Shown: piece after piece, positions 52,550 to 64,000 of the stretch
How positions within the stretch are numbered: the first letter of the stretch is position 1
How the letters are laid out: each line of letters opens with the position of its first letter
NCBI GenBank assembly: GCA_951406725.2
Contig: OX597815.1
Location: forward strand, 205,964,001-206,028,000
DNA from: Octopus vulgaris
Lineage: Eukaryota
Reading direction: 5' to 3'
DNA length: 64,000 nt
Notes under the pieces: model-generated
Databases searched by the model: none
The model's input: the letters and a program-made list of their open reading frames with translations, nothing else
What the model was told of the DNA's origin: nothing
Translations under genes and position numbers: made by a program

Positions 52550-52988
52550 TTAGTGTAGAGATTTATTATTTGTGTCAATCCTATCAGTTCCAAGTCTTTA
52601 CATGGTTGCTTAACCTGCTTGAAATAGCAACCAAAGCTACCTCAAATCACACATGCACATCATATTGTCTTAAAAAAAGAAAAAAAATTATTGGATAATG
52701 TCCTCGTCTCAGAAGTAAGTGTAAATATGGCCCAGTGGTTAAGAAACTTACTTTGCAACCATGTGGTTTGGGGTTCATTCCCTTTGTGCAGCATCTTAGA
52801 CACCTATTTTAGTCCCAGACTAACCTAGGCTTTGTGAGTGAATTGGTAGATGAAAACTAAATGGAAGCCTGTTGTGTGTACGTGTCTATCTTTGTAATTA
52901 TGTTTATCTTTTGTCCACTGCTTGATGACTGGGGTTGGTTTGTTTACATTTTCATAAATGAATAAGTTTGACAAAAAAGACTGATAGA

Positions 52989-53430
52989 ATAGGCATAGGA
53001 GTGGCTGTGTGGTAGGTAGTTTGCTTACCAACCACATGGTTCCGGGTTCAGTCCCACTGCGTGGCACCTTGGGCAGGTGTCTTCTACTATAGCCTCGGGT
53101 CAACCAGAGCCTTGTGAGTGGATTTGGTAGACGGAAACTGAAAGAAGCCCGTCGTATATATGTATATATATATGTGTGTGTGTGTGTGTTGTGTGTGTGT
53201 GCGTGTGTGTGTGTGTATACGTTTGTGTGCCTGTGTTTGTCTCCTCAACATCGCTTGAGAACTGATGCTGGTGTGTTACGTCCCCATAACTTAGCGGTTT
53301 GGCAAAAGAGACCAATAGAATAAATTACTAGGCTTACAAAGAATAAGTCCTGGGATCGATTTGGTTGACTAAAGACGGTGCTCCAGCATGGCCACAGTCA
53401 AATGACTGAAACAAGTTAGAGTAAAGAATA
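52989..53430 (+). mobile_element. SINE family A nested in an older family A copy (~52725-53560)
   Basis: Young copy interrupts the old copy at gatagaata. Confidence 0.85.
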
Positions 53431-53574
53431 AATTCAAACTCAGAAAATAAGTAGTTGGATGGGCGGGAGTAGGGGATGCAATTTCTTTGACTAAACCTTT
53501 CAAGGCGATGCCCCAGGATGGCTGCAGTTCTATGATTTGAACCAAGTAAAAGGTAAAAAGGTAATTCCACTATG

Positions 53575-54004
53575 TTTACTCTTTTACTCTTTTACTCTTT
53601 TACTCTTTTACTTGTTTCAGTCATTTGACTGCGGCCATGCCGGAGCACCGTCTTTAGTCGAGCAACTCGACCCCGGGACTTATTCTTTTGTAAGCCCAGT
53701 ACTTATTCTATCGGTCTCTTTTGCCGAACCGCTAAGTAACAGGGACATAAACACACCAGCATCGGTTGTCAAGCAATGCTAGGGGGACAAACACAGACAC
53801 ACAAACACACACACGCATATATATATATATATATATCTACATATATACGACGGGCTTCTTTCAGTTTCCGTCTACCAAATCCACTCACAAGACTTTGGTC
53901 GTCCCGAGTCTATAGCAGAAGACACTTGCCCAAGGTGCCGCGCAGGTGGGACTGAACCCGGAACCATGTGGTTGGTAAACAAGCTACTTACCACACACAG
54001 CCAC
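53575..54004 (-). mobile_element. SINE family A
   Basis: Near full-length copy. Confidence 0.9.
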
Positions 54005-54364
54005 TTGAGAGAAAAAGAAAAAAAAAAAAATAGAAAAGGAAGAAATTGAACCAAATAGAAAATGCAGACACCATATGACCTGAGCAGCAGACAAGAGAAG
54101 AAAATATGTCATCATCGTAATTTCATTTGGATGTTGGTAATATGTTGAACTTTAAGAAGATTTTTTTTTTGCTCGAATAAAAGAAAAAAAAAATGTTTAT
54201 ACATTGCTTCCAGGGTTTTGTGCTGAATATGACTACATAAGTATTGTTACATAAAACTTCTTTTTATTTTTGTGTCAAGAGTAGGTAAAAAGTGAATATT
54301 ACTTCAGCTGCATATGTCATGGTGCCATAATTATATAATGCCATGTTAGCTAGATTGACAATGG

Positions 54365-54411
<47 letters not shown>

Positions 54412-54983
54412 TGTATATATATATTATTTCTTTATTTCTTTATATATATCATTTCTTTCTTTTTTCTTTATTTTTTGTATAATATTATATACATTAACGT
54501 TAGCTAAAATAGCATTGGTAGGAAAAAAAAAACTTTGGTCAGTAAGAGTGAATCACAGTAATTGCTTTCTAAATTCTACTACTCTGGTGTTGTAAACAAC
54601 TTAAGTTGCTTTCTTTTTTCTCTGTGGTACCTGAAAGTTAGGTTCTCTCTCTTGGTAATGGAAGAAAGGAACTGTTTGAGTTATAAGGAATGGAATGTTA
54701 TTCATTTGATTTACAGCATCGAATTTTAAAGGGCACAGAGTTTGTTTGAGATTGAGATTTGCCAATGGCTATTGACATTTAATAAATGGATGCATGAAAT
54801 AGTTAGTATCAGCAAAATTTAACGGGAATTTCTGGAGAAGTTGAGAACCATTTGTTTCAATTTCATCTTAGTGAAGCAGGAAGTAATCTTTTGTTCTCTC
54901 AGTATGTGTGTGTGTGTGTGGTGTGTGATGTATGTATGTATGTGTGCACATGCATATTCATTTATGGATATATATGTATATAT

Positions 54984-55039
<56 letters not shown>

Positions 55040-55040
<1 letters not shown>

Positions 55041-55145
55041 ATATCTAGAGAGAGTTCACAAAAAAACAAAAGACGAAGACAGGTGGTGTAGAAAGCAAAG
55101 AGATGTATTAGTATAACCCTTGGGAAGTGAAAAAGTCTTTAATGT
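55040..55145 (-). mobile_element. Fragment of the hammerhead-bearing repeat seen at 58056-58317 (only the part 3' of the ribozyme core)
   Basis: Reverse complement cattaaagactttttc...tactaatacat...ccacctgtcttcgtcttttgttt aligns to 58208-58310. Confidence 0.65.
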
Positions 55146-55155
55146 GTAGTGGCTA

Positions 55156-55198
<43 letters not shown>

Positions 55199-55317
55199 GA
55201 AGAAAATGGATATAATGACTGTACCTACCCAGCTAATAGCCAGGAGCGACTTCGGATTTGATTATCCCTTAGAGGTATTAAACTCCTCTAACTTGATGCC
55301 TACATATATTTCTTTTT

Positions 55318-55729
55318 TTCTTTTACTTGTTTCAGTCATTTGACTGTGGCCATGCTGGAGCACCGCCTTTAGTCGAACAAATCGACCCTGGGACTTATTC
55401 TTTGTAAGCCCAGTACTTATTCTATCGGTCTCTTTTGCCGAACCGCTAAGTGACGAGGACGTAAACACACCAGCATCGGTTGTCAAGCAATGCCAGGGGG
55501 ACAGACACAGACACACAAACATATACACACACATACACACACATATATATATATACACATATACGACAGGCTTCTTTCAGTTTCCGTCTACCAAATCCAC
55601 TCACAAGGCATTGGTCGGCCCGGGGCTATAGCAGAAGACACCTACCCAAGATGCCACGCAGTGGGACTGAACCCGGAACCATGTGGTCGGTAAACAAGCT
55701 ACTTAACACACAGCCTCTCCTGCGCCTAT
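55318..55729 (-). mobile_element. SINE family A
   Basis: Full-length copy. Confidence 0.9.
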
Positions 55730-56737
55730 ATATATATATATATATATCTGTGATGGACTGGCGTCCCGTCCAGCTGGGTGGGGGGCACATAAGCCATAGA
55801 AACTGGGAAACCTGGCCCTTGAGCCTGGCTAGGCTTGAAAAGGGTGCATAAAAATATATATATATATATATATATCATATAATCTAAGCTATAACCTAAT
55901 GCAAAGCTCCTCCACAGATGTTGGCTACCATATGCTATCATATGGCAGGTATTTTCCTTTTACTGGATATACATGTGGAAACTCGTTAATATCCACAGAA
56001 TTCATGCAAAAATATTATAATACAAGAAGATGAGATAAAAGGCTTTAATCCAAATCCCCACAATTGTTTCTATGCATTAGTATCAGCTGGCAATTGCTGA
56101 GTGCTTCACATATTATGCATATTCTTACATCAGCAAGATCCAATAATAGTTGTGTACCTACATGCTTTTAGGTGGGTAAGTTTGTGAGCACTACCGGGTC
56201 ATCTATAGTTTCCCATTATTTTATATCCTTATTCTATCTTTAGCATTGCACTGACAAATAACAACACTGAAATACAGCGATGCAAATGATGAAAAAAATA
56301 CCAAAAATAAATCAATGGAAATAAAAATCAAAAATATAGAATATAAAATAGACAAACCACTTATTCAGTCCATTCTTTAGCATAGACACGTCTCGACTGT
56401 TATGAAGAGAGATGAACACTCTTAAGATTATAATGTTGTGAAATGCACAGACTGGAAGAATTCCTTGTATCTAGTGTTTGTAAGCTTTCTACTTCAAAGG
56501 AAATTATTTGTGTATGGTCACCACACACACACACACACACACACATATGCGTGTGTGCGCACATGGTTGTATTGTTTAGAAGTTTGTTTCTCAACTGCGT
56601 GGTTTTGGGTTCAATCTGCTTGCATGGCACTTTGCACAAATGCTTTCTACTATTAACATCAGTCTGACCAATACCTTTTAACTGAATTTGGTTGGTGGAA
56701 ACTATGTAGTAGTCTTTTGAATATGTGTATCTGTGGT

Positions 56738-57190
56738 GAGGGTGCGTGGCTTAGTGGTTAGGGGCATTCGGCTCATGATCGTAAGGTCGTGAGTTCAATT
56801 CCCGGCAACATACCGTGTCCTTGAGCAAGACATTTTATTTCACGTTGCTCCAGTCCACTCAGCTGGCAAAAATGACAAGTACCTGTATATCAAAGGGTCA
56901 GCCTTGTCACACTCTGTTTCACGCTGAATCTCCCCGAGAACTACGTTAAGGGTACACGTGTCTGTGGAGTACTCAGTCACTTGCACGTTAATAAATGAGC
57001 TGCAACGTCACTGGTGCCAAGCTGTACCGGCCCCTTTGCCTTTCCCTTGGATAACATCGGTGGCGTGGAGAGAGGAGGCTGGTATGCATGGGCAACTGCT
57101 AGTCTTCCATAAACAATCTTGCCCAGACTTGTATCTCAGAGGGTAACTTTCTAGGTGCAATCCCATGGTCATTCATGACCGAAGGGGTCA
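56738..57190 (+). mobile_element. Tripartite tRNA-derived SINE (C head + tail X segment + RTE-like tail)
   Basis: Segments match 7883-8025, the reverse complement of 65-180 and the reverse complement of 42205-42400. Confidence 0.85.
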
Positions 57191-58178
57191 CAACAGTGAG
57201 GTGGTGTTTGGAACATAAATTAACATAAGATTTTGAGTGAAGATCTTAATGTAAATCATTTTAAAACAGTAAGTTTGTGTAATAGAACCAGAGATGCTCT
57301 GAGGTGGATTGGTATCAAAAGAAATAACAGGAACAAATTCGATTATCAATATAAGGAACCAAATACTGTATGAGACTAGAAAACAGATGTTAAATCATAT
57401 ACAGTATATTGGATTTTTTTTACTCAGATATGTATGTAAGCTCTTATGTAAATCATTGCTGTATTTCATAGGTTAAAACTATGAAGGTAAGCAAAAACGT
57501 TACCTGTCTTTGAACATTGTATTTCAAAATTTCTCATTTTATCAACAAACTTACCTTTGAAAATATCTACTCGAAATTTATAAGCTTTCTTCAGTTTCAC
57601 TTAGCTTGTTTTAAATACATTCTTTCTGCAATTGATAATTAATTAAAGTTTATCTACGATCTCTTTAGAAACAGCTGCAAGTATTTGTTGTAGCATTATA
57701 AGTTTTCATGTAACCTACTTTAGCCGTTTGTCTTTTGTTAAATGATACCACATGACCGCTGCCGCCGTCGCTGTCATCGTCATCATCATCATCATCAGCA
57801 TCATTGCAATCATCAACATTTATTGTTTTAACATCCACTTTTCCATGCTTGCGTCAGTCAAATAGAATTAACTGAAATAGATTTTCTATGACTGGAAGCC
57901 CATCCTCTCACCAGCACTCACCTGTTTCCAAGTAAGGTAATAATTTCCTCGTGGCCAGACATGTTTTCATGGACAATTGGAAATAAAGGTCACTGCTTGT
58001 ATGCGGTGATGTCATGACAAGAAGACATAAGCCCCTCCCTCTCCACATATATATATTCGTTTTGGAAGTCACTTGACCCTGTTATCTCCCCTGACCACTG
58101 TCCGAAGTCAGGATGCCATGATAGATCGTTAGCTCCTACACGCAATTTTTTCACTCCTTGTTTTTTTTTTTCTGTGTA

Positions 58179-58216
58179 TCTTTCTGTTGAAGAGCATAGG
58201 CTCGAAACGTAAAAGA
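58179..58216 (+). ncRNA. Minimal type I hammerhead motif (core variant CUGUUGA) in a Penelope-like terminal repeat (~58056-58317)
   Basis: TCTTT-CTGTTGA-A-GAGC-ATAG-GCTC-GAAA-CG-TA|AAAGA. Perfect stems I and II, palindromic ACGT stem III. Confidence 0.72.
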
Positions 58217-58317
58217 CTTGTTCTATTTCTATTCCTGAGCGCCATACTAATACATTTGTTTGTTTGTACTCCACCTGCCTTTGTCTTTTGTTTATTTTCG
58301 TAAACCTTCCCGTTATA

Positions 58318-58716
58318 TACTCTTTTACTTGTTTCAGTCATTTGACTGCGGCCATGCTGGAGCACCGCCTTTAGTCGAGCAAATCGACCCCGGGATTTAT
58401 TCTTTGTAAGCCTAGTACTTATTCTATCGGTCTCTTTTGCCGAACTGCTAAGTGACGGGGACGTAAACACACCAGCATCGGTTGTCAAGCAATGCTAGGG
58501 GGACAAACACACACACACACACACACATACACATATATATATACATATATACGACAGGCTTCTTTCAGTTTCCGTCTACCAAATCCACTCACAAGGCATT
58601 GGTCGGCCCAAGGCTATAGCAAAAGACACTTGCCCAAGGTGCCACGCAGTGGGACTGAACCCTGAACCATGTGGTTGGTAAGCAAGCTACTTACCACACA
58701 GCCACTCCTGCGCCTA
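58318..58716 (-). mobile_element. SINE family A
   Basis: Full-length copy. Confidence 0.9.
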
Positions 58717-59295
58717 GTACTGTTCTCTAATGGTAAGATCAGCAAAAAAAGTACTCCATCTGGTGAGAGATAAATATTATTTAATAGACACTATACAAAT
58801 GTATGATGGGCTTCTTTCAGTTCCCCTATCTATCAAATCTACTCACATGGTTTTTCAGTGGCCTGGGGCTATAGTGGAAGACACTTGTCCAAGATGCCTT
58901 GCAATGGGACCAAACCCAATTTTATATAAATTTCTGTTTGATAATTATTTGGGAAAATACTTTGAAATATCTAACAAATGCTTCTTTTTAAAGTGTTACT
59001 TGAAACTATCAACCACAAACTTTTAATTTAGATAAGAATCAAGTTATGAAGCTGTGATATGCTATTTTTCTTAATTAAATCTAAATTCCAGCTGAACGAT
59101 GTCAATCAGGATAATCTTAGTTCTGATTGCGATGATTATAGTCAAAGAACAGTTGAGGAAATGATGACAAACAACAAAGAGTACTTAAGGAATAATTTAT
59201 GTTGTATCAAGAAAGTTACTTACCACACAGCCACTCCTGTGCCTGTTAATTTATGTTCCAAACACCACCTCAGTGTTGTGCCTAGATATATATGT

Positions 59296-59624
59296 GAAGG
59301 TGCATGGCTTAGTGGTTAGGGTATTCGGCTCATGACCATAAGGTCGTGAGTTCAATTCCTGGTGGCGTGTTGTGTCCTTGAGCAAGACACTTTATTTCAC
59401 ATTGCTCCAGTCCACGAATAGTACCTGTATTTCGAGGAGCCAGCCCTGTTACACTCTGTGTTGCACTGAGAAGTATGTGAAGGGCTATGCATGTCTGTAG
59501 AGTGCTCAACTACTTTACAGACATGCGAGTGCTCAACTACTTGCACATTAATCTCACGAGCAAGCTGTTCCGTTGATCGGATCAACTGGAACCCTCATCA
59601 TCATCATGAGTGATGGAGTGCCAG
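59296..59624 (+). mobile_element. tRNA-derived SINE (C head + tail X)
   Basis: ggtgcatggcttagtggttaggg head. Tail ends gatcaactggaaccctcatc...gatggagtgcc as in 1-190 (reverse complement). Confidence 0.85.
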
Positions 59625-60009
59625 TATATATATATATTTCGAAACGCAGAGTAGATGAAACCATGCGACTGAAGAAGGGGAATTTTCCTTGTGTTATTTG
59701 TCCTGTACTCTATTTTTTCGTTGTTTAAAAAAATGTCCATTTCCTTGGTTTTGTGTTTATGTTTTCGTTTCTCATTGTGTTAGACGTTTTTTTGGTGTCC
59801 TGTACCCATATATGCATGTATATATACATGTAGATGTAGGTATGTACATATATGTATATATATATATGCATATGTTTTATCTATTAATATATATATATAT
59901 ATATAAAATGAGATAGGGGTTGAAAATTCAACCCACCATGGGATAACATATATCCAATATACTGCTAGATAGGTACCCAAGTATGTTTCTCCATTTTCTA
60001 ATTTTGTAG

Positions 60010-60062
<53 letters not shown>

Positions 60063-60763
60063 TACAACAGGCTTCTTTCAGTTTCCATCTATCAAATCCT
60101 CTCTCAAGGCTTTGGTTGGCTGGGGCTATAGTAGAAGACACTTGCCCAAGATGCCATACAGTGGTGGGACTGACCCCTCCGCCAAATCGTGGTTGGGAAG
60201 CAAAATTATTACCACATGATCACACACATATACACACATATATTACTTATGAAAGTCAGTTTGAAATTATGTTTCCAGTAAAAATATTTAACGTTTATTG
60301 AATTATATCTATTAAATTTCATGTATTACAAAACTATTTGTATACTGAACAAGGAATTATGTCCTTTTCACATATTTAATAATTAATATTTATAGTTTTA
60401 GAGGGTAGTGAGCTGGCAGAATCATTAGCAGGCAAAATGCTTAACAGCATTTAATCAGTCTTTGCGTTCTGAGTTCAAATTCTGCCATGGTCAACTTTGC
60501 TTTTCATCCTTTTGGGATCGATGAAATAAGTACCAGTTGAAGCGGTGGGGGGGACAAACACAGACACACATACACTATACCCACACGCATACACACACGC
60601 ACACATGCAATGTGCTTCTTTTAGTTTCCGTTTACCAAATCCACTCACAAGGCTTTGGTCGGCCCGAGGCTATAGGAGAAGGCACTTGCCCAAGGTGCCA
60701 TGAAGTGGGACTGAACCTGGAACCATGTGGTTGGAAAAACAAACTTCTTACCATGCAGCCACA

Positions 60764-61143
60764 TCTTTATATATAAAAGTGAGGTTGTATGCTGTCTGTC
60801 TTCTACGATTTAGATTCCTAACTACTCCCACATTTTGCGGTGCAGTATCTTATAGTTGTGATTCATATCGAGCCCTTCTGGGTATTAGCGCGCGTCTACG
60901 ATGAGTCTACAATTTAAAAAAAAATTTACCATCAATTTTTCCCATTTTTAATGCATTTTTGGCATATATAAGGGAAGTAACTCTCTAAAAATTTATTATT
61001 AAATCTCAGAACGTAAAAAGCTACAGTAACACCCGCCCTCTGTGGTTAGCCATATTGAGATGGCTATTATACTTTACATCTCTAAAAATGCTTATATAGT
61101 TATTTCCCTTACAAACCCGAGCAATGCCGGGCGGTACTGCTAG
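60764..61143 (+). mobile_element. Complete non-autonomous Helitron
   Basis: Inserted A|TC...CTAG|T with no TSD. Subterminal hairpin cccgagcaatgccgggcg. Confidence 0.9.
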
Positions 61144-61388
61144 TATATATATACATATGATAAAAAGCTTTAAAGGTTGTTTTATTAAAAGTAGAAGAAT
61201 TATTGATCATTATCCTGGTACAAGTCATTACTTCTTAATAATTTCATGTGTCACATCTTATGCCTCAGGCAGTAGAGCTGATGTTTAGAGATGCATTTTT
61301 TGTCAGTGAGTATAAATCAGTAATAATGAATATATATATTATACGTGTGTGCTTTGTTTGTGTACACATGTGTGTGTATAAATACATG

Positions 61389-61426
<38 letters not shown>

Positions 61427-61493
61427 ACCTCGTGAGTACCGCTGGTGATTTTTTTCCTCTGTCTTCCCTTCTCAGGATCTTTCCTTCTCCTTT

Positions 61494-61528
61494 GTTTCCG
61501 ACGAAGAGCTCCGCTCGAAACATTAAAC
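61494..61528 (+). ncRNA. Minimal type I hammerhead motif (core variant CCGACGA) in a Penelope-like terminal repeat (~61421-61630)
   Basis: GTTT-CCGACGA-A-GAGC-TCC-GCTC-GAAA-CA-TT|AAAC. Confidence 0.68.
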
Positions 61529-61751
61529 CCTCCTTCTTCCCTTCTTTCCTGAGCGTCCAAAAATACTTTATTTGTTCCGCGTTGTTGTGTTTTTTTGTTT
61601 TTTTGTGTTTTCTTGTTTGGATTAACTTTATATATATATATATATATAACTAATGTAGGATAAAATTTTTTTCGGGAAAAAAATTTTTTAAAATTTTATC
61701 AATGGCCAGCATATCAAAAAATACCTTTAAAGGTTAAATTTATAAATAATT

Positions 61752-61902
61752 TACAAAATGAGGGCAGAAGAAAAATTCTAATGCCAAATATGCCGAAAAA
61801 AATTATCATAATTATAATGGTTATGATGATGATGATTGACAATTTTTTGTCCTTTTTTTGGCATATTTGGCATTAAAATTTTTCTTCTGCCCTCATTTTG
61901 TA
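61752..61902. repeat. Inverted repeat (~50-bp arms, ~50-nt spacer)
   Basis: tacaaaatgagggcagaagaaaaattctaatgccaaatatgcc / ggcatatttggcattaaaatttttcttctgccctcattttgta. Confidence 0.9.
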
Positions 61903-61918
61903 TATATGTATATATATA

Positions 61919-62333
61919 TCTTTTACTCTTTTACTTGTTTCAGTCATTTGACTGCGGCCATGCTGGAGCACCGCCTTTAGTCGAGCAAATCGACCCCGGG
62001 ACTTATTCTTTGTAAGACCAGTACTTATTCTATCGGTCTCTTTTGCCGAACCGCTATGTGACGGGGACGTAAACACACCAGCATCGGTTGTCAAGCAATG
62101 CTAGGGGGACAAACACAGACACACAAACATATACGCACACACATACATATATACATATACATATATACGACAGGCTTCTTTCAGTTTCCGTCTACCAAAT
62201 CCACTTACAAGGCATTGGTCGGCCCGGGGCTATAGCAGAAGACACTTGCCCAAGATGCCATGCAGTGGGACTGAACCCAGAACCATGTGGTTGGTTGGCA
62301 AGCTACTAACCACACAGCCACTCCTGTGCCTAT
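61919..62333 (-). mobile_element. SINE family A
   Basis: Full-length copy. Confidence 0.9.
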
Positions 62334-62424
62334 ATATATACATACAATAGTGTTTATGATGGTTAACATGCTTTTGCTGTTGTAACCTACTCAGCTTTAT
62401 ATTTTTCTATGGGAGCTGTGTTTA

Positions 62425-62525
62425 GGTATGCCTAAGTGTATATATATGTGTATATATATAGTGTATATGCCTAAGTGTATATATATGTGTATATATATAG
62501 TGTATATGCCTAAGTGTATATATTT
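62425..62525. repeat. ~38-bp minisatellite, ~2.5 copies
   Basis: tatgcctaagtgtatatatatgtgtatatatatagtgta repeated. Confidence 0.85.
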
Positions 62526-62634
62526 GTGGCATTTCCTGCATGAATGCAACACTTACAATGCATGCCTGAGTTATACGTAAAATAAATGTTTCATTTTCAT
62601 GAGTGACAGCTGGAAATCAAATGCGTCCCCAGTG

Positions 62635-63110
62635 TCTCTACCTCCTCTACCTTCTCCTCCTTACTCTCTTCCTCTTCCTCCTAATTCACCTCATCCCCTT
62701 CCTCCTAATTCTCTTTTTCATCCTCCAGTTCACCTCCTCTTCCTCCATCCCGTTCCTCTCCTCATCCTTCTCGTTCTCCATCCTGCTCCCTCCTCATTTT
62801 TCCTCCCCACTTCTTCATCTCCTCTTCCCCCTTCCTCCTCTTTCTCTCCTCCTTCCTCATCTTTTCTGCCTTCTTCCCTCCTTTACCTTTCTGTCTCTTC
62901 CCTCTTTTCTTCCCTCCCAGCCTCCTCTTCTTTCCTCTTGTCTCTCGTCCCTTCTCCTTAACTCACTTTTGCTCCTTCCCCTCTCCCTTCTCTTCACCCT
63001 CCTCTTTCTCTTCCTCTTCCCCATCCACCCTATCTCCTCCTCCTCTTCAACCCTATCTTCTCCTCCTCCTTTCCTGCCCCTCCCCCACCATCATCACCAT
63101 TGCTGTCATC
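62635..63110. repeat. C/T-rich low-complexity tract
   Basis: Direct inspection. Confidence 0.9.
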
Positions 63111-63646
63111 ACTGACACCTTTGCCATCTCATAATCTTTTCCACTATAGGCACAAAGCCTGAAATTTTGGGGGAATCCACGAGTCGATTACATCAACCCC
63201 AGTGTTTCACTGGTACTTAATTTATCAACCCTGAAATGATGAAAGGCAAAGTCGACCTTGGCAGAATTTGAACTCTGAACATGAAAACAGACAAAATACA
63301 GCTGAGCATCCCCCCCCCCCCCCGGCATGCTAACGATCCCGCCAGCTTTTGCCATCTAATAATAGTAAAAGTGTCATTGGATGATTATGATTCTTTTCGG
63401 TTTGGAACAAAGCCAAACCGTTGTGGAGAAGTGATATCTGTTGTTGACTGAACCCCAGTACATGACTGGTATTTATCATATGCACCTGAAGGGTCGAATG
63501 ATAAAGTAGACACCCAGGGTTGTAAAAGATACAGTACTGTTAAGGTTTATGGTTTCAGGTTTTTGTAACGTCTACCAATCCAGTGTACTGCCCTAGTAAT
63601 AATGGTTTCTCATATCAGCAGTGGTATTTCATTGCTGTATAATATA

Positions 63647-63883
63647 CACTCTTACACTTACTCTTACTTGTTTCAGTCATTTGACTGTGGCCATGCTGGA
63701 GCACCGCCTTTGGTCGAGCAAATCGACCCCAGGACTTACTCTTTGTAAGCCTAGTACTTATTCTATCGGTCTCGGGTGTTTATGTCCCCGCTACGTTACA
63801 GGGACGTAAACACACCAGCATTGGTTGTCTGTCAAGCGATGTTTGGGGGACAAACACAGATACACAAATACACACACACAAGC

Positions 63884-63926
<43 letters not shown>

Positions 63927-64000
63927 CGATGGGCTTCTTTCAGTTTCCGTCTACCAAATCCACTCTCAAGGCTTTGGTTGGCCCGAGGGTATAGCAGAAG
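63647..64000 (-). mobile_element. SINE family A (runs off the window end)
   Basis: Tail and body match other copies. Confidence 0.88.

Noticed and set aside
57555-57625. Minus-strand exon with good splice sites (ttgcag ... AAG|gtaagt) as CDS
   Set aside because: Stops in all three frames. Could only be a non-coding exon, with no evidence here.
59638-59890. GAAACGCAGAGT...CTGAAGAAGGGG as a hammerhead
   Set aside because: The 5' half is missing and the stems cannot be closed. At most a truncated terminal-repeat fragment.

Overview
AT-rich, repeat-saturated animal DNA. The repeat families look like those of an octopod cephalopod (inference from recognition, no search run). No intact protein-coding gene, rRNA, true tRNA or CRISPR array is supported. 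The window holds dozens of tRNA-derived SINE copies in several modular families, decayed non-LTR retrotransposons (R4/Dong-type, another RLE type, RTE type) and a DD37D (maT-type) Tc1/mariner relic. It also holds TTAA-flanked piggyBac-like MITEs, non-autonomous Helitrons (one head-to-tail dimer), many microsatellites, and a ~2.63 kb near-identical duplication across a 100-N gap that is probably an assembly/haplotype artefact. The main hidden signal is six minimal type I hammerhead-ribozyme-like motifs from four repeat families. One lies downstream of a tRNA-derived Pol III head (38116-38419), forming a SINE-ribozyme chimera, and two face apart inside a 169-bp inverted repeat. There is also an orphan enoyl-reductase (PKS/MDR-like) coding fragment at ~50.9-51.1 kb. 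Most repeat boundaries were read by eye and are approximate. Family labels A-F are my own.
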